Source of the DNA: a virus
Lineage: Duplodnaviria > Caudoviricetes
Reading direction: 5' to 3' (one strand)
IMG/VR virus record: IMGVR_UViG_3300002026_000067
Span: 1-62,836 of that record
Length of the DNA: 62,836 nucleotides
The notes under the pieces were generated by a model. The model was not told where the DNA came from and did no database searches. It saw nothing but the letters and a program-made list of their open reading frames with translations. The translations under genes and the position numbers were made by a program. Shown in pieces: positions 19,291 through 28,073 of the stretch; positions within the stretch are counted from its first letter, which is position 1; the number at the start of each line of letters is the position of its first letter.

Positions 19291-19574
19291 GTTTTAATCG
19301 AATGTCATCAGTATATACTCTATATTAGACGACATTCGATTAAAACAAATTTGATCAGCTGACTAAGTTGGTTGCTTCTGTTTCTTAACCAACTTAGTCA
19401 GCTAGCTGAAATCTCATTTCAGCTGTTATTGTATAGCTTGATGAAATTTGCATTTCATCTACCGTATGTAATTTGGTAGGAAACAGAAGCACCAAATTAC
19501 ATACGGTGCTTCTAATAAGTTTTAATCGAATGTCGTCTAATATAGAGTATATACTGATGACATTCGATTAAAAC
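19291..19574. repeat. Dyad-symmetric six-hairpin array bounded by 56-bp perfect inverted repeats (candidate replication origin or structured RNA)
   Basis: 19291-19346 is the exact reverse complement of 19519-19574. Internal hairpins at 19357-19403, 19404-19424, 19440-19459 and 19461-19507. Confidence 0.95.
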
Positions 19575-19603
19575 TATTCGCTACATTAGCATATGGACGA
19601 CAA

Positions 19604-20035
19604 TTAGAGACTCATTCGAGATACTAGCTTGTGAGCTTCAAGCATCTTTTCAGGACGGACTGACCAAATCCAGTGATAACATCTAGTCAATTTCTGTTCA
19701 TAATGCTTATCTGACATTCTACCAGAAATACGTTGTTGCAATAATCGTTCAGCTCTATCATTATCAAAAATTTTCTTTGCTTCAAACCATAATTTAAATT
19801 CTTCAAGTGCGTGGATACCAAAACAATCTCTAATTTCACGACCCTTAAAAAACGCACCTTCTGGTAATACCCACATATTAGGTTTAGCTATACGCAATGC
19901 TCGTGGAATATGTGCTGTTAAAAACTCATCATAACGTGGATGTTTGTTTCTGTTTTTTATGACATATGGACCACGTTTTGTACCTACTTTTACACCCCGC
20001 ACTAAACCAGTCAATTCCTCATTTTCCTTAGTCAT
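19604..20035 (-). CDS. Hypothetical basic protein, possibly nucleic-acid binding
   Basis: 143 aa, K/R-rich N-terminus (RGVKVGTKRGPY); TAATG coupling with the upstream gene. Confidence 0.7.
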   Translation of the reverse strand: MTKENEELTGLVRGVKVGTKRGPYVIKNRNKHPRYDEFLTAHIPRALRIAKPNMWVLPEGAFFKGREIRDCFGIHALEEFKLWFEAKKIFDNDRAERLLQQRISGRMSDKHYEQKLTRCYHWIWSVRPEKMLEAHKLVSRMSL

Positions 20036-20422
20036 TATATAAGGGCTGACAATGATTGACGCTGTGCTATCGCATTATTATAACCATTAACAGCTGGTTG
20101 ATTTATTAACTCAAGACAACGGTATTTAACTGGTATGTTCGCTGATATTGCAGCATCAATACCTTCTTGCATACCTGTAGATATGCCTTTGTCAATATAA
20201 ACAACCCAATAATGTGCGACTGTCTTCCAGGCTAAACCTGCATCTATTCCCATCTTACGTTCTGCTGGAACAAGGTCATTTAGAATGGTTGGTTGTGTGT
20301 ATAACATGACTTGCGATTGGGGCTTCACCACGTAACAGTGAATCACGAACACATAACCTAGCATAATCAACATTTGCCGCCACGTCCCCCTGATAAGGAC
20401 TCTCAAGTATTACTAAATGCAT
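20035..20422 (-). pseudogene. Frameshifted gene of a small phage family with a nucleoside-deoxyribosyltransferase-like fold
   Basis: One frame from ATG 20422 gives MHLVILESPYQGDVAANVDYARLCVRDSLLRGEAPIASH; the next frame continues LYTQPTILNDLVPAERKMGIDAGLAW...GISTGMQEGI. The break is at about 20305. Confidence 0.7.
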
Positions 20423-20430
20423 AATAACCT

Positions 20431-20682
20431 TTATAGAAAATCTGTACCTGTATTTTCAACAAGTATTTTAAATTTTGGAAAAATTGCAAGTGATGATTTA
20501 GAAATTTCGCGTAAATTGAATTCAGCTTGTGCTTCAATAATAAATGTTGCTACAATTTTATTACTTATGCCTTCAATTGAATCAACAACACTTAAACAAC
20601 CTTCTGCAGATTTCAGTCTTTTAACTAAACTGTTATGCATCGGTTCATTTCCACTATCATAATAAATTTCTAGCATATACAT
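20431..20682 (-). CDS. Hypothetical protein (start MYMLEIYY)
   Basis: SD AAGGA before ATG 20682; downstream of an early promoter. Confidence 0.6.
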   Translation of the reverse strand: MYMLEIYYDSGNEPMHNSLVKRLKSAEGCLSVVDSIEGISNKIVATFIIEAQAEFNLREISKSSLAIFPKFKILVENTGTDFL

Positions 20683-20740
20683 TTTACATCCTTTACTTAA
20701 ACATATCACCTCATAAAAACAAGATTATTTCTAATGATTC

Positions 20741-20770
20741 ATTATATCATACGTTTAATGAAAAGTAAAT
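20741..20770 (-). promoter_or_regulatory. T4-like early promoter
   Basis: ATTTACTTTTCATTAAACGTATGATATAAT, 28/30 identical to the promoter at 11799. Confidence 0.75.
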
Positions 20771-20779
20771 AGATGCCAC

Positions 20780-20810
20780 ACGACCTCACAAATTAAATTT
20801 GTGAGGTCGT
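20780..20810. terminator. Palindromic hairpin downstream of mgsA
   Basis: ACGACCTCACAAATT-A-AATTTGTGAGGTCGT; no clear U tract. Confidence 0.55.
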
Positions 20811-20820
20811 TAATGAGTTT

Positions 20821-21300
20821 TTATTTTACTAATGGTTTGTCTGCAAAACGACTTTGATGATTATCAAAATTTGGCATCGTGCGTTGATAACTTGATGACA
20901 GCAAAGGTGATGAAATAATGAAATCTGCAGTTGCCCGATTACAAGCAACTGGTACATTCCAAACTACAGCAATACGTAATAGGGCTTTCACATCTGGGTC
21001 ATGTGGTTGAGGTTCAAGTGGGTCCCAGAAAAAGATAATGAAATCGACTTGATTTTCAGCAATCATTGCACCAATCTGTTGATCACCACCAAGTGGACCA
21101 CTTTGTAACTTTAACACTTCGGTTCCGAGTGTTTTTTCAAGCATAACACCAGTTGTACCGGTTGCACACAGATTATGCTTGATCAATAATTCACGGTTAT
21201 ACTTTACCCATTCCATCAAATCTTTTTTCTTGTTGTCATGGGCAACTAGTGCGATACTTTTACGAACAAAAGGTACCGCAGGAGTTGTTTTCATTTCCAT
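20821..21300 (-). CDS. mgsA: Methylglyoxal synthase
   Basis: IALVAHD, ATGTTG, SGPLGGDQQIG, FFWDPL..QPHDPDVKALLR and ACNRATAD motifs all intact. Confidence 0.95.
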   Translation of the reverse strand: MEMKTTPAVPFVRKSIALVAHDNKKKDLMEWVKYNRELLIKHNLCATGTTGVMLEKTLGTEVLKLQSGPLGGDQQIGAMIAENQVDFIIFFWDPLEPQPHDPDVKALLRIAVVWNVPVACNRATADFIISSPLLSSSYQRTMPNFDNHQSRFADKPLVK

Positions 21301-21327
21301 ATTTTCACTTTATCAATAAAATTGTAT

Positions 21328-21798
21328 TTATTTAAAGCGAACGAAGTACGTTTCCCAACTAGCTTCACGATCAGTAACAAGGTCGATACCCAAATCACTT
21401 GCTTTCTGAATCAGCTTTGCGATTGTTTCAGCATGGCTGACAATAGCCTTCGGCTTATTATCACGATAAGCCATCACGTGTTGAACTACCCAAGTCTTAA
21501 AGCTGTAACCCTTTTTACCTGCAGGCATAACAGCTACATCCATATAACTCAAATATGATTCACGACCAGGCACAACAACATTTTTGGAATTGAAAATTTC
21601 TTTGATTGTATCAAAGAATTTCAGACGGATGGTCGAACCATCATGCAGTGTGAGTTTGAAACCTCGCTTACCATCGGCTTCCCAACAGTCTTTACCCATT
21701 TGATTGGGAACAGACTTACTATTCACATAACTCTCAAAAGCTTCAGGATCAGCAATGAGATCAACGAGTTCTTGAGAATTATTTGGAAAATTTTGCAT
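21328..21798 (-). CDS. Hypothetical protein
   Basis: 156 aa with SD GAGGTG; TGATATAAT about 45 nt upstream. Confidence 0.75.
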   Translation of the reverse strand: MQNFPNNSQELVDLIADPEAFESYVNSKSVPNQMGKDCWEADGKRGFKLTLHDGSTIRLKFFDTIKEIFNSKNVVVPGRESYLSYMDVAVMPAGKKGYSFKTWVVQHVMAYRDNKPKAIVSHAETIAKLIQKASDLGIDLVTDREASWETYFVRFK

Positions 21799-21883
21799 TT
21801 CAATTCACCTCTTTAGTTAATTAACGTTTAGTTGATAGAGTCATTATATCATACTTTTATGAAACTTTTCATTTTATGAATAA

Positions 21884-22456
21884 TTAATTTTTCACCCACA
21901 TATGAATATGACGTATCAATGGAAATGTACCATGAACCAGAGGTGTTTTTGTGTTACATGGACGCTCAAACAAAATAACTTGATGACCTTTTATCTTTAG
22001 TAATTGCATTGCTTTAGCTATAAATTCTGCTATTTCGATATCAAAGGTGTTTTTATCTTTTACCCATAACAAATACTGCTTTACATCAGATGGTGCAATG
22101 TACGGATAATCATTCTGACTTAACAACAAATGGCTATCACCCATTTTTGAAATTATGTCCTGAGCTAATTTCTGTTTATCAAGTTTTGAATAATCTGTGC
22201 GTAATTTCGGTTCTTTTATCGGCAACATAATCAAATGTTGTATTTTTTCACGATGCATATACAGTTCATCAAAGGTTTTGAACAATTCTGTTCTGATTTG
22301 AAAAGCCGCCTGAAAATCTGTTTGATGACGTATTTCTATCGGTGTCATTCGTAACCGTACTTGCGTAACCTGACCTTCGGAAACCTTAATGTTTTCTACA
22401 TCACTCATCGAATAATTCATATCATCTCCTAATAAATGCATTTTAACATATTTCAC
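21884..22456 (-). CDS. Hypothetical protein resembling the DUF3605 (HIT-like) family; start may be MNYSM after AGGAG
   Basis: NDYPY...YLLW...IRHIH motif order. Confidence 0.5.
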   Translation of the reverse strand: MKYVKMHLLGDDMNYSMSDVENIKVSEGQVTQVRLRMTPIEIRHQTDFQAAFQIRTELFKTFDELYMHREKIQHLIMLPIKEPKLRTDYSKLDKQKLAQDIISKMGDSHLLLSQNDYPYIAPSDVKQYLLWVKDKNTFDIEIAEFIAKAMQLLKIKGHQVILFERPCNTKTPLVHGTFPLIRHIHMWVKN

Positions 22457-22522
22457 CCTTTTAGTATACTCGTTTTATACAATAGGATAGCAATAAATAG
22501 ACTATCTAGTAAAGGAATAATT

Positions 22523-23167
22523 ATGTCTGAAATTGAATTATACGAAGGCGACAAACTTGCACCTATGCAATCCAAGAAAGTTGTAGTTGCAGTCGGTCGC
22601 TTTTCTGTTCCAACTATTGGTCACTACCGTGTTATCAATGCAATGAAGAATTTCATCAGAAAATCTAAATTGGATTTAGAAATTATTCCGATCGTTGTTA
22701 TCGTGAATGGTAAAGATACGTCAAAGGATAAAAAGCGTAATCCACTTACTCCTGACCAACGTATAAAATTTATGCAAGCTTCTGGTAAAGCAAACGGCGT
22801 TAAATTTTTGGTAGCATCTAGTGCATTTGATGCATTTGCTAAAGTTCGTGCTGCAGGATTTGAACCTATAGTGATTGCTGCTGGTGATGATAGATCGGAT
22901 GGTTACATCAAAATGCTAAACAAATATTTTAAGACCCCTGATGATAAAGCTATTGAACATATTGAAGTTCCTGGTCTTGAACGGAAGAATGATAAATCTG
23001 TAACAGAAAAAAGTGCATCAGGCTCAATGGCTAGATTAGCTGTTGAGTTAGGTCATTTTGATGAATTCAAACAGATAACCGGTCTTGACAAAAAAGAAAA
23101 ATTAGCAAAACAGATGTATGATGCAGTTGCTGCAGGAATGAAGAGTACCGATAAGGAAGAGGAATAA
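22523..23167 (+). CDS. Cytidylyltransferase-like (HIGH-family nucleotidyltransferase)
   Basis: GRFSVPTIGH, RNPL...R, AGDDR and SGSMAR; SD AAGGA; AATAAATA at 22492-22499. Confidence 0.8.
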   Translation: MSEIELYEGDKLAPMQSKKVVVAVGRFSVPTIGHYRVINAMKNFIRKSKLDLEIIPIVVIVNGKDTSKDKKRNPLTPDQRIKFMQASGKANGVKFLVASSAFDAFAKVRAAGFEPIVIAAGDDRSDGYIKMLNKYFKTPDDKAIEHIEVPGLERKNDKSVTEKSASGSMARLAVELGHFDEFKQITGLDKKEKLAKQMYDAVAAGMKSTDKEEE

Positions 23168-24213
23168 TGGCAAATCCATTTGACACTTTAACGACTAGTG
23201 AAGGCTCTGTAAATTTACCTAATTCATCTGGTGAAACAACACAGCTGACATCGAAAGTACAAAACTTTTCTATAGCTGGAGTAAAGCAAACAGCTAATGA
23301 GGTTCTGTTGAAATTGAATTCCATAGGAATTACTGATCAGTTTAAATCATTTTCTGAATCAGTAACAAATATACAGCCTGGTATGCCGCAATGTGTTCCT
23401 GGATATTTAGGTGGTCAATTTCCTGATTACGTTGGTACTGGATTTAATCCTACAAATATTAATCAGACATTAGGTGTAATGTCAGTTCCAAGCATTAATG
23501 GTAGAAAAGTTTTCCAAACAACAGAAGCTCAACAACTAAAAGAATTACGTTCACAACTTACCGGGTTTGCGAGTAATGCTGAAGCATCTAAGTCTTACCG
23601 GGTAAAATTGACTTCGATGACAGATTTGGATACCATGACAACGGCATCAGATAATGTCATTTATAAAAAACGTGAAGTTGTATTCGATGTACGACCTACA
23701 TTTGCCGATTCACGAGCCGCACAATATACGACAGTTGATGTAATTCATGGTCCTGGTGCAATGCAAATTTATAAGAATACCGATGCTAGAACTTTTCAAT
23801 TAGCCGGCAAATTTGTATCCAATACTTCTAAAGAAGCTTCCAAAAATCTCGAATACATCAATATTATTCGTTCCTGGGTAATGCCATTTTATGGTGAAGG
23901 TACTGAAAAGGGGCTTTACGGTAAAAAGTATTTTGGTGCTCCACCTGAGGTGTTGTGGTTTGATGCATATGGCGAACAGCATTTTAAACGCATTCCTGTA
24001 GTTATGGTAAGTTACAATTTTTCATATGATGAACAGTATGATATGATTCCTTCATTAACTTATGCTGAAGATAAAACTATTATTCCAATGCCAATAATAA
24101 TGGCGTTTACAATAGATCTTAAAGAAAGTTATTCGCCATCAGAGTTAGGTAAATTTGATCTAGAAGCTTATCGCACTGGTAATTTAACAAAAGCTTATGG
24201 CATGAAAGGTTAA
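23167..24213 (+). CDS. Baseplate/tail-tube initiator-like structural protein
   Basis: P.F.DSR.AQY, YKNTD.R.F and GAPP.VL.F..YG...IPVV..SY motifs typical of tube-fold initiators; lies before a LysM/gp53-like gene. Confidence 0.6.
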   Translation: MANPFDTLTTSEGSVNLPNSSGETTQLTSKVQNFSIAGVKQTANEVLLKLNSIGITDQFKSFSESVTNIQPGMPQCVPGYLGGQFPDYVGTGFNPTNINQTLGVMSVPSINGRKVFQTTEAQQLKELRSQLTGFASNAEASKSYRVKLTSMTDLDTMTTASDNVIYKKREVVFDVRPTFADSRAAQYTTVDVIHGPGAMQIYKNTDARTFQLAGKFVSNTSKEASKNLEYINIIRSWVMPFYGEGTEKGLYGKKYFGAPPEVLWFDAYGEQHFKRIPVVMVSYNFSYDEQYDMIPSLTYAEDKTIIPMPIIMAFTIDLKESYSPSELGKFDLEAYRTGNLTKAYGMKG

Positions 24214-24219
24214 TAGGTT

Positions 24220-24588
24220 ATGACATCAAGTGTTGATATAAAAAATTCTAGATACGTGAATGGTGGGTCGACTGAGGTTAGCCCAGGTAGAGTTGAATGG
24301 TGGGAGCGTAAAACGTTTACACAAAGTTCAACTGATGACATTTACCTTGTTCAACCTGTTTTTGCCGGTCGGTTAGATAAGATAGCTGATGCATTTTATG
24401 ATGATTCTAGATTATGGTGGATTATTGCACAATACAATAATATTCTTGACCCATTGACTGAAATAGTGCCAGGTAAAGAATTGTTTATTCCTAAGAAATC
24501 CAGATTATATACAGATTTTCTGAATGGTAAAACCGGCGGCGTACCTACCACTAGAGTGCTAAAGCAAACCATTAAACCTGTTGTATAA
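24220..24588 (+). CDS. Baseplate wedge gp53-like (LysM-like) protein
   Basis: GRLDKIADAFYDDSRLWWIIAQYNNI.DP....PG..LFIP. Confidence 0.8.
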   Translation: MTSSVDIKNSRYVNGGSTEVSPGRVEWWERKTFTQSSTDDIYLVQPVFAGRLDKIADAFYDDSRLWWIIAQYNNILDPLTEIVPGKELFIPKKSRLYTDFLNGKTGGVPTTRVLKQTIKPVV

Positions 24589-24601
24589 GTGAAAGCAAAC
24601 G

Positions 24602-26980
24602 ATGTCACGAGATCCAAATCAAAAACCTAATCCCTTAGATAATTTTCGTTCAGTTAGTTACCATCATTTGTTATTGGTTTCTAACAACACGGATGCACTT
24701 GCTCCTTTTATCAATTCAACAGAGCAATTTGATAAATCAGGCATCATAATCGATAGAACAGATTTATCATCACTACGAAACACTTTAGACAATTTGCAAT
24801 TAGGTGAAGATTTAAATGGTATCTATAAAGTAATAGACACCCGTAAGGATGCACATTTTAATATTAGGGACATTCATTATACATCATACATTGGTGCAAT
24901 GATACCTGGTCAAACTCAGGTTATGGGAGGAGAATTAAATCTCGTTGTTCATGACCCAATGGGCATTAATTTTCTAAACTATCTGCAGGACCTAATTGAT
25001 AATAAGCTAAAATGTAATTATGATGGTATGTGCTTTTTGTTAAAGACATTTTTTATCGGTCATCCAGATGATGGAAGTGATGATGTATTGGTTAGTACTT
25101 CTGCAAACCCACTGTTTTTAACAAACATTTCTGCCGAGTTTAATGAAACGGGTGGCGTGTATTCAGTAGTCTTTGCCCCATTAACAAAGGGTGCAATTCA
25201 GCAAATGTCACGAACTGCCAATATTCGAAACATTACAGGATTCAAAAGTAAAGATGGTACTTTGGGTTCAATGGTGAAAAGTTTGCAAGATGAGTTGAAT
25301 GGTCAGTTGAAGGATTATTATGACACAATGCAGGTTGTGCAAGTTGCCGACGGTGGAATTACAGAAGAAATTAATAGCAAAAGAAGTATCCCATTGGGCA
25401 GACGTGTCTACTATATGATCACTATCCCTGATGCATGGGCTTCATATCCTATTCAGGCTAGTTCAGATAATGCTATTGAGGTTGAATGGAAACAGAAAAT
25501 TAAAGATGCTGAAAAAAGTGTTGATCAAAAAGTCGCAGATTATAACAAATCAGTAAAACCTGATAGTAATGGTAAAGTGATTGGTGCATCCTATATTCAG
25601 GGTAGTGTTACAATGACTGTTGATGATGCTCTTGCATTGATTTTTAAACATTGCCCTAAAGTAGCAGAGATGGCAGGTATCGATAAACGTAAAGGTACTA
25701 ATGGTCAATCAGTGAAAATGTATAAGACTGTCAGTAGTCTAACCTCTGACAGTAAATCAATGACATTACACTGGGATGTATTAGAGTTCATTGTTCCTAA
25801 CATTTCAGTAAAAGCTGAAAAAAATTCAGCCTATAAAAAATGGTTTACAAAGGCAGATGATGGTTCAAATGTGCCTAAAAACCTTTACACTTATGACTAC
25901 ATCTTTTCAGGTAAGAATATTGACATCATCAGATTTGATATGAAACTTGCAAATGCATCAATTGCATTATTGACAGGCTCGAATGTTGGACAGAAATCAC
26001 TGCAGACCATAGCATCATCACAAAAAGATGGTGGTCTTATGGAATCAAAAGTTAAACATACCGATGTGTACACACAACGTACAAATGATCCAGTGTTTTT
26101 ACCAATGGTGAATGCTAGCAATTTTAGAGGTAATTCATACATAGTTGATGGTAGTCAATTAACGTCAAAAACTAATGATGAGTATGTACGCACTATGGCA
26201 GACTTGTACAGTGCTGCACAAGTTGATATCAAGATGCGTATTCGTGGTAATCCAAAATTGATGAATCATGTAACTACAGGAATACCACCACATGTTGAAC
26301 CCGACATGGATGACAAATTACCAATCAACACTAACTCATCAAACAAAACAGATGGAACAAAACAGAGTAAGTATATCGAATACATAAAGAAATATTCTGC
26401 TGGTGTTCAAGAGGAAATTAAAATTGCATCTAATACTGGTGATGATAGCACTATTGATCCAGCAGTATTCCCGATATTTACAAAAGTGAATGTGTATGCA
26501 CCAAAAAGCTATAGAGCATCAGATATAACAACTGATGGTTATGGCGAAAAGTTTTGGTATGACAAATATTACATGGTTCGATCAATAGAGCATTATTTTG
26601 TTGATGGTCATTTTGAGCAGGAACTTGTGATGGGTTCTTATAACATTTATGACAATGAAGTTTCAGATTCTGCATTAGAGGCAACTGCTACTGCAACTAA
26701 ATCACCAGATAAAACAGAAAATGCAACAGCGAATAATCAAGAAAAGACAAAAGCTGGTTCTGGAATAGCAGCACCTACTGCACCAGGCCAACCAGCACAA
26801 CAAAATAATGTAGTTATACCAACAGAGGAATTGTTATCTACAAATTTTGGCAATGCTTCAACTACCGATGCTGCAACATCAGGCACAGAAAATGTTTATT
26901 ATGATGCCGTACCATATTCACCATCTACGAATAAACAGGCTATCACTACAGGTTCAGCAATTGTTAAGAAAGGTTCTTAA
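24602..26980 (+). CDS. Baseplate hub protein (gp27-like)
   Basis: Lies between gp53- and gp5-like genes; M.IRGNP and YMVRSIEH.F.DG.F.Q.L motifs. Confidence 0.6.
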   Translation: MSRDPNQKPNPLDNFRSVSYHHLLLVSNNTDALAPFINSTEQFDKSGIIIDRTDLSSLRNTLDNLQLGEDLNGIYKVIDTRKDAHFNIRDIHYTSYIGAMIPGQTQVMGGELNLVVHDPMGINFLNYLQDLIDNKLKCNYDGMCFLLKTFFIGHPDDGSDDVLVSTSANPLFLTNISAEFNETGGVYSVVFAPLTKGAIQQMSRTANIRNITGFKSKDGTLGSMVKSLQDELNGQLKDYYDTMQVVQVADGGITEEINSKRSIPLGRRVYYMITIPDAWASYPIQASSDNAIEVEWKQKIKDAEKSVDQKVADYNKSVKPDSNGKVIGASYIQGSVTMTVDDALALIFKHCPKVAEMAGIDKRKGTNGQSVKMYKTVSSLTSDSKSMTLHWDVLEFIVPNISVKAEKNSAYKKWFTKADDGSNVPKNLYTYDYIFSGKNIDIIRFDMKLANASIALLTGSNVGQKSLQTIASSQKDGGLMESKVKHTDVYTQRTNDPVFLPMVNASNFRGNSYIVDGSQLTSKTNDEYVRTMADLYSAAQVDIKMRIRGNPKLMNHVTTGIPPHVEPDMDDKLPINTNSSNKTDGTKQSKYIEYIKKYSAGVQEEIKIASNTGDDSTIDPAVFPIFTKVNVYAPKSYRASDITTDGYGEKFWYDKYYMVRSIEHYFVDGHFEQELVMGSYNIYDNEVSDSALEATATATKSPDKTENATANNQEKTKAGSGIAAPTAPGQPAQQNNVVIPTEELLSTNFGNASTTDAATSGTENVYYDAVPYSPSTNKQAITTGSAIVKKGS

Positions 26981-26984
26981 ACTA

Positions 26985-28073
26985 ATGTCAATATTTGATG
27001 AAAAACGCGCCATCCCATTCATAACAGATGGCATAGTTAAATCTGTTGATGACGATCAGCAGATGGGCCGTGCTAAAGTATGGTGCCCGTCGATTGATGG
27101 CGGAAACTATGATGTAAATACTTTGCCTTGGGCTGAATATTCATCACCGTTTGGTGGAATTACTACAAACTTTCCAGCAGGTAGACAGATGAAAAAGAGT
27201 ACTGGTACAGTACCTTATGGATTCTGGTCTATTCCTAAGGTCAATGCTCGTGTGCTTGTATTTTTCCTAAATGGCGAACCAAATCGCAGAGTATATTTTG
27301 GATCTCTATTTCCACAACATGGTAATAGAGGACTGCCTCATGGTAGAAATGTAAATGATAAAGGCGAAGAGGGTCCATGGACAGATACATTTGATCCTTT
27401 AGAACCAGCTTATACTAATTTGCGTACGGCATTTGCAAAAGACATGACGAATGCTGTTACAAAAGAACGTGGTGGTTATAACAGACAGGTAGCACAAGCC
27501 AAGACTAATAAAGATGGTAAAGAGGGTTATTATCCAAATCTAGTTGATAATACAGCTCTTGATCCGCAGATGTATTGCTGGGTAACGCCAGGCCATAATT
27601 CTATTTCTATGAGTGATCAACCAGATCATTGTCGGGTAACATTGCGCACTGCAGAGGGCGCTCAAGTTATTTTGGATGACAGTAATGGTCGCATTTATAT
27701 TAGCACTGCTAAAGGCGGCAGCTATCTTGAAATAAATGAGACAGGTAAAATTCACGTTTATGCTGCTGATAGTGTTTCAGTTCGGTCTGGTAAAGATATC
27801 AATTTTGCAGCAGATGGCAACATAAATCTAGAAGCAAAGAAAGATGTGAACATAAAAGCTAACGGTAATTTGTTCCTAGATGCCAATGCGAATATAAATA
27901 TTAGTGCAGGTGGTAGTGTATATGAAACGGCATGTGGACCATTACATGTAAATGCTAGTGGTATTTTTGAAACTGCTTCTCCTATACATCACAATGGTCC
28001 AACTGCTGAAATTTCTGCTCAAGCTAGCTCGCCTAGCATTGTGCCTAATCATGAACCTTGGAAGCGCCCATGA
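26985..28073 (+). CDS. Baseplate central spike, gp5/gpV-like (OB fold plus beta-helix, no lysozyme domain)
   Basis: G.V..VDD.QQMGRAKVW.P, LPWA, P.V..RVLVFF.NG.P..P and beta-helix repeats DINF.ADGNINLEA. Confidence 0.8.
   Translation: MSIFDEKRAIPFITDGIVKSVDDDQQMGRAKVWCPSIDGGNYDVNTLPWAEYSSPFGGITTNFPAGRQMKKSTGTVPYGFWSIPKVNARVLVFFLNGEPNRRVYFGSLFPQHGNRGLPHGRNVNDKGEEGPWTDTFDPLEPAYTNLRTAFAKDMTNAVTKERGGYNRQVAQAKTNKDGKEGYYPNLVDNTALDPQMYCWVTPGHNSISMSDQPDHCRVTLRTAEGAQVILDDSNGRIYISTAKGGSYLEINETGKIHVYAADSVSVRSGKDINFAADGNINLEAKKDVNIKANGNLFLDANANINISAGGSVYETACGPLHVNASGIFETASPIHHNGPTAEISAQASSPSIVPNHEPWKRP

Noticed and set aside
19291-19574. MITE/IS, CRISPR array or retron ncRNA
   Set aside because: No target-site duplication or transposase, no repeat-spacer periodicity, and no reverse transcriptase in the window.
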